Positions 44,804-55,311 of a stretch of DNA of 64,000 nucleotides are shown here, piece by piece (position 1 is the stretch's first letter; every line of letters starts with the position of its first letter). Below the pieces are notes generated by a model, which was not told where the DNA came from, did no database searches, and saw only the letters and a list, made by a program, of their open reading frames with translations. This stretch comes from Octopus vulgaris (lineage: Eukaryota): positions 7,502,001 to 7,566,000 of the forward strand of contig OX597825.1 in the NCBI GenBank assembly GCA_951406725.2, in the 5' to 3' direction. The translations under genes were made by a program, and so were the position numbers.

Positions 44804-46319
44804 ATATATATATATATGCGCATATCTGAATATATATGCGTGTTTGTATGTGTGTGTGTGTGAGAGTGTATAATACAAGCATGCTTGCATACATATAGAC
44901 ACACACGTGTACGCACTCTCACACACAGTCACACATACATGCACCCATACATACATGCACGCGTACTTACTAACACATACACACACACACACACATATAT
45001 ATATATACGTGCATATTTCTATGTATGTGTATATGTGTGTATATATATATGTCTGTATATATATATATGTGTGTGAGAGCTTATAGTACAAGCATGCTTG
45101 CATACACATAAATCGACAAGAATGTACACACACATACACACGCATATACACATGCACACACAAACTGATACAGACATACACACACAAATACATACACACA
45201 CTCACACTCTGTAACCAATTATTTCTTATTACTTACTGCTTCGTCGGTCTTAGCTAGGGGCTTTTCTATGAATGCGTGTGAAAATTGTGCGTAATGTGTG
45301 TATGTATGTGTGTATATATGTATGAACGTGCACATACATACACATGCATACACAGCACGCACGTACACACACACACACATTCACGTATATGGTGGAGTGT
45401 ATATGTTTGAGAATTCATAATGTAGTTGTAAAAAATGCATATGTGCCCACTCGTAGACACATGCCTACATACATATATACATATCAAGTGTTCTGTTACT
45501 ATAAGTGTGTGAGTATATGTGCGCGAACAAATGACTATATCTGTGTGTCTGTCTATATCAGTGTTATAGGTATGTATGTGTATATTATGTGTCTACTTTC
45601 ATAACTGTGTGTATGTATATATGTATCTTCTTCGATATAAATGTGTGCGTTTGTGTGTGTATATATATGTGCGTGTGTATTGTTTTATGCGTGCATATAT
45701 GTATCTCCTTTGTGTATGGGTGTGAGTTTCTTTTGAACGCGTTTGTTCTTTCTGTTTTATTTGTTTTTTTTGTTTCTTGTTCATTTAAACATCTTGCATC
45801 TTTCCACATTTTTTCTGTCCTTCCACCTTTTCTACATCATTCTTTTTTTTTCTTTCCCAGCTCCTTTCTCCACCACCTTCCTTCTCCTCCTCCTCTTTCT
45901 CCTCCTCCCCTTCCTCCTCCTCCTTCTCTTTTCCTGTTGATATTTCTTTCCTTTCACTGCCTTATTTCTCCTTTTGTTTTATCGTATTTCGTTTCGTAAT
46001 CTCTCGTTCAGCTTATCTCTCATACTACTTTTAGTTGATTCATTACTCATTCTGTTTTTCTTCTCTACCATATTCCTTCATCTTCATTCTCTTATGCTTC
46101 TGACAATTTTTACATCAATCACACTTTCTATCCACATACATACATACATACATACAGCAATAAATTCATACTAGCACACATATATGGTGACCATGCTCAT
46201 CAGTCCGAGATAGAGACGTAAACAATTGGCGCTTATACGAAGGCAACATATGAACTATAGAGTGCGTGTAAGATTAAATTGAAACATTTCTACTCAAGTA
46301 TCTATACAGTAAAGTACAT

Positions 46320-46350
<31 letters not shown>

Positions 46351-46361
46351 AGAGAGAGAGA

Positions 46362-46517
46362 GAGAGAGAATTCACAAAAAAAAAAAAGACAAAGACAGGT
46401 GTGTAAACAACAAACAGATGTATTAGTTTAACGCTCGGAAATTGAGGAAGTCGTTTACGTTTCGAGTCTACGCTCTTCGACAGAAAGGAACACAGAAATA
46501 AACAGGGAGAGAAAACA

Positions 46518-46520
<3 letters not shown>
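46362..46520 (-). mobile_element. HHR-bearing repeat family P2, second copy
   Basis: Reverse complement of 39752-39912, flanked by microsatellites. Confidence 0.6.
46453..46487 (-). ncRNA. Minimal type-I hammerhead-like motif, core variant CTGTCGA
   Basis: Minus strand: CTTT-CTGTCGA-A-GAGC-GTAG-ACTC-GAAAC-GTA-AAC. Confidence 0.45.
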
Positions 46521-46583
<63 letters not shown>

Positions 46584-46756
46584 AATTAAAGGTAATGCTA
46601 TGCCACTTCGCAATAATCTTTAGTATTTTTAATGTTGATAAGGTGGTTGATAAACTTAATCCAAACATGAAAACACAAAGAGAAAACACAACAACGCGAG
46701 AACGTGGAACAAGTATAGTGTTATTGGACGCTCAGGAAAGGAAAGAAAGAAGGAGG

Positions 46757-46791
46757 ATTTAACGTTTCGAGCGGAGCTCGTCGTCAGAAAC
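46757..46791 (-). ncRNA. Minimal type-I hammerhead motif with canonical CUGANGA core
   Basis: Minus strand: GTTT-CTGACGA-C-GAGC-TCC-GCTC-GAAAC-GTT-AAAT. Both core boxes and GUH are present. Confidence 0.68.
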
Positions 46792-46807
46792 ATAGAAAAA
46801 AGGAAAA

Positions 46808-47039
46808 GGCGGTGGGCTGGCAGAAAACGTTAGCACGCTGGGTGAAATGCTTAGCGTTATTTCGTCTGTCGTTACGTTCTGAGTTCAAATTCCACCGAGG
46901 ACGACTTTGCCTTTCATCCTTTCGGGGTCGATAAATTAAGTTCCAGTTACACACTGGGGTCGATCTAATCGACTTAATCCCCTTGACTGTCCTTGTCTGT
47001 CCTCTCTGTGTCTAGCCCCTTGTGGGTAATAAAGAAATA
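46808..47039 (+). mobile_element. SINE family A, full length, with ~20 bp TSD
   Basis: Full head, central domain and tail. Flanked by AGAAACATAGAAAAAAGGAA (46786) and AGAAACATAGGAAAAGGAA (47040). Confidence 0.92.
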
Positions 47040-47098
47040 AGAAACATAGGAAAAGGAACGATTTAAGGAAAGGATGACGGAGGAAAAAAAATCACCAA

Positions 47099-47158
<60 letters not shown>

Positions 47159-47166
47159 TTGGTGAT

Positions 47167-47232
<66 letters not shown>

Positions 47233-47736
47233 TATATATAATTGCCCTGTCGTAGTAATGTGTCCATTTCGATACAGTTCTAATAAGGAAACAATTTAAA
47301 AGGAAAGAAAATATGTAAAATTTAATCGTAGCGAAAGTTCGTCGGAGCTTTTAAAAATCGACATCGCATCATTTGATATTGAATATATAATGAGAAAGTG
47401 AAAAATCAAAAATAGTTATGGGTAAACACATTAATCTTTCTTCTACGTCCTAATCGCGACCACATCTACGCTATACACTGGGATTATGAACTTAATAAAC
47501 AGTCGAATGAATTGTACGCTCACTCTGAACCGAAACGCTTTGGATTTATGAAAAAAACTAAAGATAAGTTTGTCGGACGTTAAAACAAACGGAATGAGAT
47601 GTTAGTGCAAAACATCTAAAGCACATCTTGAAAAGAAAACCGATAGAGTTAACTCGATCGACATGTTTAACATACAACGTCATCAAGTAACAACAGCAAG
47701 AACAACAATATCGATTTCGGCAATGTACACAGGCAC

Positions 47737-47801
<65 letters not shown>

Positions 47802-47972
47802 CAGCAGCAGCAGCAGTAGTAGTAGTAATAGTAGTAATAGTAGTAGTAGTAATAATAGTAGTAGTTGTAGTAATAGTAGTAGTAGTAGTAGTAATAGTAG
47901 TAGTAGTAATAGTAGTAGTAGTAATAGTAGTAGTAGTAGTAGTAGTAATAGTATTAGTAGTAGTAGTAGTAA

Positions 47973-48031
<59 letters not shown>
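47737..48031. repeat. (GTA)n microsatellite with ATA/GCA variants
   Basis: Direct reading of the sequence. Confidence 0.96.
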
Positions 48032-48037
<6 letters not shown>

Positions 48038-48561
48038 TGCCAACTTCTCCCACGCTAAACCATCACAGAACATCCAATAATAACACGAAGGGCACCATCA
48101 ATGGCAACTGTGAACTTAGAGTTACACAGAAATAGTCGGCCTGCTAGAGAACAAAAACAGTGAAATGATAATGAAAGCTTCTTTGAATAAACAGAGGAAC
48201 ATCAAATTATTTTTAATTCTCTAAAAACTGTGTGGGAAGATATACAGCAGCAGGTTTGAAGTATATTTTTATAATAGGACATTTAAAACAAGCATGAAAA
48301 AGATAAAAAAAAGCCTTTTAAATTAGAACTGTGAGTAGTAAAGTGTTTAACGTTTATTAAATTCGAACCCACATCCGAGAGCCTTGATATATGTAGCAGT
48401 AATAACAAAGCAAACCCACCGCAAGGAGCGGGAGCTGCACAAGAAAGAGAGCGGGAAACACTCCGAATCGGGATGGTTTGACTATCTGAAAAATAAAATC
48501 CTTTTTTATGTTTATATATTTGTTTTGCAAGATTTTTGATGTGAAATCGTGTGTTGAAACA

Positions 48562-48790
48562 GATATTGTTGTATTTAGGAATGGTCATTTTGCCAGTTTA
48601 GCCAATAAAAAGAAGAAATCAAGGACCACTAATCAGGTCACAGAAGTGTGACGAAAGAACTCTGGCCGAAATAAGATTAAGATTAATGTAAAAAATAAAT
48701 AACGCTGAAGCAAAGTAACACTAAATATATAGTGCGTGTGTTTTTATTGGCTAAACTGGCAACATGACCATTCCTAAATACAACAAAATC
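48562..48790. repeat. Inverted repeat, 50 bp arms (48562-48611 and 48741-48790)
   Basis: TTGTTGTATTTAGGAATGGTCATTTTGCCAGTTTAGCCAATAAAA pairs with TTTTATTGGCTAAACTGGCAACATGACCATTCCTAAATACAACAA. Confidence 0.92.
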
Positions 48791-49089
48791 CTTTGTCTTT
48801 GAAGAATTATCTCGTAGATTATTCTAGTTATGAAGTGCAGTACATAATGAATTGATAAATTATCAGAAATAATTAAAATACTGGGAAACTAGGGAAGTAA
48901 GTTAGGAACTTGAAATCTAAGATCTGACCTTTCAAAATTTATCAGCAGGAATAAGAATTAACAGCTATAGCTGAGAAATTAAAATATCTGTAGAATATAA
49001 ATGGAAAACACGATTAGATTATTTTCTTGTCTATCGTAAATCAGTCTTTCGTAGATTAAAAAAATATAATAATAATAATAACACTGAAA

Positions 49090-49320
49090 AACATCACTTC
49101 AACAGAACAAGTTGAAAGCTGCTGGCGATCAATATGAGAAAGAAATGATAAATTCGGCGAAAAAGCTGCATGGATAAGACATATTAGAAGTGAGACATTG
49201 CAACTGTATTGAACATCGACGGTGCAGCACCAGAATCAGTCCCGAAGTAAAGAAAGAATAAAAAGAAACGAACAGTAAAGCCGCTGGCCCAAATTTATTA
49301 ATGGATATTGGTTAAACAAG
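49090..49320 (+). mobile_element. Old R4/Dong-type LINE fragment (region upstream of RT)
   Basis: VESCWRSI*ERNDKFGEKAAWI ... NSKAAGPNLL/GYWL resembles the FWxxIW...AxW and NWKAPGPDxIxxYWxK motifs. Confidence 0.45.
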
Positions 49321-49439
49321 TATCCTATTATCGGTTACAATCAATGACATTGTATGGGAAGAGTATCAGGGTCACGTGGAACATATTCTCAGGGCTTTCA
49401 GCACCCGTCAAAAATCTCAACCCCCTCCCATCATAATAG

Positions 49440-49690
49440 CCAAACCATAAAATCTAAAATTACCGCCAAACAGTCTGTCAAGACATCATATATAATATAC
49501 GTACTGGTTGCCCCAACCTGTTTCTGCAGAACCATTGTACCCAACAATATTGCATTAGTCAAAGGAGTGGAGTGGGGTGTTGCTCATTATGCTTGTAAAC
49601 AAACTCTTGTTAAATTCGTTAGTCCGAGATAGCTTTGGCTGAAGAGGCATAACGATGTTGAAACACCGGTTGTCCTAAAGTCTCCCTATG
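49440..49690 (+). mobile_element. Penelope-like element remnant (GIY-YIG N-terminal motif followed by a hammerhead)
   Basis: IKSKITAKQSVKTSYIIYVLVAPTC resembles the T/S-x-N-V-I-Y-x-L-x-C-x-x-C start of PLE GIY-YIG domains. A same-strand HHR lies about 100 bp downstream. Confidence 0.45.
49626..49684 (+). ncRNA. Type-I hammerhead ribozyme, complete fold
   Basis: GAGA[TAG]CTTTGG-CTGAAGA-GGCAT-AACG-ATGTT-GAAA-CA-CCGGT-TG-TC-CTAAAG-TCTC. It has a 10 bp stem I with a 3 nt bulge, intact CUGANGA and GAAA, a 5 bp stem II with two G.U pairs, and a short stem III with palindromic ACCGGT. The GUC triplet predicts a cut after 49674. Confidence 0.85.
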
Positions 49691-50514
49691 ATAATGAAAG
49701 GAGTGTGTTATGAAGATGCGCGTGCGCATTCGTCTGAAAGCTGTTGCTCATTAACGAGATAAAACAGCGAATAGTTTATTGGTGTTCGAATCTACCCGAA
49801 AGAATTAAGAATGAATATTTAAGTCATCGTTTTGATCGTTGCTATTCACCGTACGCATAATGATTAATATGGAACTTAATTTGACAAATAAAATTCCCAA
49901 AACCAATAGGAACAAGCAAAAACTATAGTATAGTGAGAAAAAACATTGTTCTACATCCGAAAAAGGGTGAAACCGCGAAAACAGCGAAATTAGGAGCACT
50001 GCTTCTAAAATAAGTATTTAACAATTTTGTTATTCGTTTGGGATGTATTGAATTCTCACTGCACAGCATTTATATTTCTTTTTCTGATGTGAAACTGTTT
50101 TTATACATTTTTATACATTTTAATACTTTTTGATTATTTTATTGTTTCCTAATTCTTCCGTTTCCAAGATTTCTAAAAATGATCTTCATCGTACGGTGTA
50201 ATATTCTCTCGCTGAATTTTTTCCCCCACTGCTAATGAAAAATCGACATTTTTACTCTGGGAATAAAGAAAATCTTTAATGTTTGCAGTGCATTTACTCT
50301 GTTGATAAAAACAAAAATAAAAACCTGACGTTACATTAAATCGTGAAATTGTGTCATGTTGTAGGTGTATAAATATAGGTTTATAATGTTGATCGGAGAC
50401 TTTATTGATCTCCGACATAGATGTAGACGATAATATTTGTCTGTGATACAGAGTAAAAGTGTAGTGCGTTGGCACATATTCATTCTATTGATGTACGAGC
50501 TATGACTATAGGGT

Positions 50515-50736
50515 GTGATTTCTGAAATAGCATAATAACGTTGGTCACTGGAATAGGGTAATAATGGCGATCTGTGACATGCGGTTATGATATAAGATCA
50601 TGTTAATAGGAGTGTGTCATACGGTTTTGATATAAGATCATGTTAATATCACGTTGATCTGTGATATGGAATTATAATGTTAATCTGTAATATAGGGCAA
50701 TATTGTTGATCGATGATCTGTAATATAGGGCAATAT
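50515..50736. repeat. Degenerate ~26 bp minisatellite (GATCTGTAATATAGGGCAATATTGTT-like)
   Basis: Recurrent GATCTGT(G/A)A(T/C)AT and GATATAAGATCATGTTAATA units. Confidence 0.7.
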
Positions 50737-52559
50737 ATTAGGACGTAGAAGAAAGATTAATGTGTTTATCCATAACTATTTTTGATTTTTCACTTTCTCT
50801 TTATATTCAATATCAAATGATGCGATGTCGATTTTTAAAAGCTCCCAGGAACTTTTGCTACGATTAAATTTTACATATTTTCTTTCCTTTTAAATTTTTT
50901 CCTTATTAGAACTGTATCGAAGTGGACAGGGCATATTGTAGACGGTTTATATGATTTGTTAATAGTTTTATATAATAGTTAATATGATTTGTTAATAGTA
51001 TTTTAAAGGATTACTCAGCCACGAATTCATACAGACGTTGTTGAGTTAAGTAAACTCTGGTCTGTCACAATTAGTTTCTTAGAAAAACTGTTTCATTGCC
51101 TGCCCGTCTGTGATAGGACATTGGCTCGGGTGGTGGGTACTCTAATGAAATATTGACAATGGATTCGTCGTCAAATCTGTCTGAGATGATTATCCAACAG
51201 AATCTCAATTTGGTATTTAGCTCTAACAATTATTGTAGGCTCAGTCTATTGTATAAATTTCAGTAAGTACTGCTACACCAGACAAATAAAGACAGAAATG
51301 TTTTAAAGCTAAAACGAAAAGAGATGAGACGAAAAGTTGAAGGAATTTAATCTGGTACTTTTTGCTAATTCATTATATTAATTGTGTTCTTTTGACTGTC
51401 ACTGTACCAATGCGATTAAAGAACTGTAACATATGTAAAACACGTAAAAATAAACGCTTGTTGGAGTAGGAATCGAACTCTACTTAACTAATTCACGAAG
51501 TGGATAGGGAGATTCCTACATGTGATGTTCCCCTGTATCGTTTGTTTTAATCAGTCTGATAACTGCTATGGTATATAAATACATTAAGTGTTAGTAATTG
51601 ATATTGAGATCGTGACGATATAGTGGCTAATAAAACAGCTGTCTGCAAGAGCAATATCAATCTCAATAAACATTAATTTCTCACATTAGTACAATGCTTC
51701 TAATATGCCGAGGAGATGAACTGTGTCCACTGAATCAACAACGTTCACGTCTGGAATTTATTTTATTAAATCAGTCATCTGGGATGGAAAAACGAAGCCA
51801 TTCCCAGCACGATTGTCTCTAGTTTCTATCCACTATCAGATACAAACACTATCAATATTAATTTCTTTTCATTTCGTACAAATGCTCTGATATCAGAAAA
51901 GGGAGATGATAAATTGTGATGTTTATGCTTTCCCTTAAAAAAACATTAATTGAAACAAAATGCTTTTAATAGTGATTCGAAACCGAATCGCGAGCTCGGC
52001 GCGTCTGAAACTTATCTGGACTTATCTACAATGCACGCCACATGAAATGATATTATCATGAAATGCCTTAGACTCCCAAACCAGATAATACATGTGAATA
52101 GCTGAAGTGTTTGATATTTGGAGAGATATAGCCTCCATGGCAATGACATTAATAATCACTGGTCTGACGCAAACAAGATGGTGTCGATGGCATTAATTTG
52201 ATTACTTGATGCTCTCTCAACAAGAAAATAGGCATTTTTCAATGGTGTAAGCGATAACGTTGGTTTCACCCAATAATATGGCAGTATTCATTATCATCAA
52301 TAATATTTTCTCTTGAACAAGATAGCAATCACCTTAATACAAATAATGGTTAACATGGCGTCGTCTAAACAACATACAAATTGTGTAAGAATAACCAGAA
52401 GAACAACATTGAAAGAAATCTTAGAAAATAAGGGTGAAGGAAAGACGGAACGTCACCATTAGCAACGAGGACGGCCTCCAGGTGGTTGCTCCATCTGCTA
52501 GAAATAATAGCCTAATCTCATACACAGTCACTTTCTTGCGAAGAAAATATATGAAAAGA

Positions 52560-52719
52560 ATGTACATTCTTTACATTTGACGGATATTTGCCCTCATCTT
52601 GTTTGTTTTGTTGTTAACACATTTTCGGCTGATATACCCTCCAGCCTTCATCAGGTGTCTTGGGAAAATTTCGAACCTGGGTTCTCATTCCTAAGGTATT
52701 TTTCGATGTTGTTGTAGTC

Positions 52720-52777
<58 letters not shown>

Positions 52778-52848
52778 TCACTGCCTGGAATCGAACTAGG
52801 AATCTTGGGGTTAGCAGCCCACGCCCTTAACCACTACGCCATATGCCC
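52560..52848 (-). mobile_element. Composite SINE-like element: tRNA-like head, (AAT)n spacer, hammerhead-containing 3' module
   Basis: Minus-strand head GGGCATATGGCGTAGTGGTTAAGGGCGTGGGCTGCTAACCCCAAGATTCCTAGTTCGATTCCAGG has A box TGGCGTAGTGG, B box GTTCGATTC and a GCT anticodon-like loop. It is followed by (AAT)n and then a same-strand HHR. Confidence 0.65.
52616..52659 (-). ncRNA. Type-I hammerhead motif with damaged stem III/cleavage junction
   Basis: Minus strand: GACAC-CTGATGA-A-GGCTG-GAGGGTATAT-CAGCC-GAAA-AT-GTGTT. Stem I (GACAC/GTGTT) and stem II (GGCTG/CAGCC) are intact; C-GUH is missing. Confidence 0.65.
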
Positions 52849-53029
52849 GTGAGCAATTATGTAGTCCCATACATTAAAAAGAACATTGAGATGGTCAAGG
52901 CTGGAATGTCTTCGATCATGGAACTTCTGTATATGCGTTGACTTGGGGTGAAAGAATAACAACAATGGCAAAAATATGAAGGAAGAACAGGGGCAGCAGA
53001 CAGCAGAAGTATTCATGGTAGGAAAGCAG

Positions 53030-53306
53030 CACAACAACAACAACAAGCATAACAACAAGCATAACAACAGTAACAAACATAACAACAACAAGCATAACAA
53101 CAGCAACAGCGACAAAAACAAGCATAACAATAGCAACAAAAACAAGCATAACAACAGCAACAAAAAACATAACAACAGCAACAAGAACAACAGCAAGCAT
53201 AACAACAAACATAACAACAACAAGCATAACAGCAGCAACCATAACAACAACAAGCATAACAACAACAAGCATAACAACAACAAGCATAACAACAACAAGC
53301 ATAACC
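53030..53306. repeat. ~15 bp minisatellite (AACAACAACAAGCAT)n
   Basis: Repeated AAGCAT(AAC)2-3 units. It gives the KHNNN ORF. Confidence 0.92.
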
Positions 53307-53416
53307 ACGACAGCAGACATATATTTCAACAATACCAAGAACACGAACAAAACAACAACACGGCAAACAGCGCCAACTGAAGCAGCCACAGCATTAGCAG
53401 CAGCAGCAGCAGCAGC

Positions 53417-53457
<41 letters not shown>

Positions 53458-53598
53458 CCGTAACAAAATCAATAACCACAACAACGGTGAGAAAAAGACA
53501 AGAACTACAGCAACGATAGCGAACGGCAGTAAAAGTGCAAATACTGTAAAACCGCCACCGCCACCACCGCCACCACCACCACCACCACTAGCAACAAC

Positions 53599-53640
<42 letters not shown>

Positions 53641-54411
53641 CACAATAATAATAGAATCGTCGAAGTGTGTAATAATGGAAGCATCTGCTATATTAGTTGG
53701 ATCGTTGTTGTCGGTGAAACTAATGGTTAGAAAGTAAAATATTACGATTATAGATTCGGGTAATTTATATTCAGGTGAGTGAAAAATGGGTTTCTTAAAT
53801 TTAACGATATAGGAATAAAGATATATATTCAAATGGAAGATGGCTGGTGGGGGTGGTGGATTTCCGTCGGTCTCCACGGTGAGCGTTTAGTTGTACGACC
53901 AGCTGAGTTGCAAGACTTGAATTTAATGAGTTGGAGCTGAGAATTATACAGTTGGGCGTAAATTTATCGCTATTCTAGAAGGAGTTAGCGCGACACAATT
54001 TGGTAATTACTGTTCAATTGAGAACGAGAGAGAGAGAGAGAGAGAGAGAAAGATATAGACTGACAGAGAGAGCGATAGAGATAGAGATAACAGACTGACA
54101 GATAGAGCGAGAGAAAGCTGCACTAACAATGAATGGTCACGTGTACTGGTCTTTAAGATACCCAAGAAAGCTTGTCAAATTTGACGCCGGTAGAAGCTGA
54201 ACTGAAAGAGTAGAGAACTGCAATAAATACGAGAAGGCATCCAATGGGACTCTTTAATGATTCAATCAAAATAATTGTCTTCAATGAAACGTAGCAGACC
54301 TTTAAATGGTGCATACCTTGCCTGGGACAACAATCTTACGTCATCGAACGACGAATTATCGGGCCGAAAATTCTAAGTCGTCACTATCTACAACCTTCTT
54401 ATTTAAGGCTA

Positions 54412-54453
<42 letters not shown>

Positions 54454-54499
54454 TACACGAACACACACTTTATCAATAAAGCTGCAAAGACATAAAAAA

Positions 54500-54767
54500 A
54501 ACTGTTGCTCAGAGTTTCAGAGTTTCAAAATTTAAATAAGACCGTGTTAACACCAAAAATTATTTACATTAAAAAGGTGTTTTTCTTCAATGAAAATCCC
54601 TATTTTTTACGATTTTTTGACTGCTGTCTCCATTTTTCGGTGTATTTCAACCAGAAAAATGTTCACTTAATGAGAATAACAAGCTACATAATGCAAATGT
54701 TTTACTTTTCAGAAATTCCAATTCTAAAGGGTCGAAACAAACCCGAGCAACGCCGGGAGATACTGCT

Positions 54768-54769
<2 letters not shown>
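54500..54769 (+). mobile_element. Helitron 3' end
   Basis: GC-rich subterminal hairpin CCCGAGCAACGCCGGG (54742-54757), followed about 10 nt later by CTTG (degenerate CTAG). Confidence 0.5.
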
Positions 54770-54804
<35 letters not shown>

Positions 54805-55262
54805 TCACACACATATATATATGCAGACACCTATATGTATATATACATGTGCATGATTGTCTGAAGAGAGGTACTTACATAATTATATATTTAATTATGT
54901 ACTTTCCATGTCTATGACATTGCGTGACTGCTGTCATGTTTGAATCATTTAAAAAAATCAATTCTGTAAGTGTGTATAAGAGTTCATATATGTGTGAGTG
55001 ATCATCTGTGTGTGTGTATGTATGTATGTATGTATGGCAAAGGTATTTGTACAATCCGTTAATCTTTGTTATGCGTATCAGAATGAATGTCGAATTCCTT
55101 ATGTGTGCATATGTGAGTGCTTTGTGTGTGTGTGCGCCATTTTGATGGCTGTCAGTGACTATAATTATATACGCTCACGTTGCGGTGTTTCTGATTTTTA
55201 AACTTGTTCAAAATTCTTATATATTCTGATGGTTTTACTATTCACACGAACATACAAATATA

Positions 55263-55311
<49 letters not shown>

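Larger units (their letters stand above)
46655..47100 (-). mobile_element. HHR-bearing repeat family P1, second copy, interrupted by a SINE
   Basis: Collinear with 32464-32657 on both sides of the SINE at 46808-47039. Confidence 0.65.
47261..50928. repeat. Long-range inverted repeat: ~190 bp arms at 47261-47454 and 50737-50928
   Basis: TGTCCATTTCGATACAGTTCTAATAAGG...CTTCTACGTCCTAAT is the reverse complement of ATTAGGACGTAGAAG...CCTTATTAGAACTGTATCGAAGTGGACA, with few mismatches. Confidence 0.93.

Noticed and set aside
44820-45110. Direct repeat of TACAAGCATGCTTGCATACA within microsatellites
   Set aside because: An ordinary local tandem duplication.
50515-50736. Repeat-spacer-like pattern suggesting CRISPR
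   Set aside because: Eukaryotic context, degenerate tandem units without unique spacers, and no cas genes.
52775-52848. tRNA-Ser(GCT) gene
   Set aside because: The acceptor and T stems are mismatched, the long variable arm is absent and there is no oligo-T terminator. It is better explained as a SINE head.
52834-53885. N/H/K-rich ORF and nearby donor-like sites (CAG|GTGAGT near 53773, ACG|GTGAGC near 53878)
   Set aside because: Minisatellite-derived, with in-frame stops and no recognisable domain. An exon cannot be supported without RNA data.
54855-54925. CTGAAGA followed by a long AT-rich hairpin
   Set aside because: There is no GAAA after the hairpin and stem I is unconvincing.
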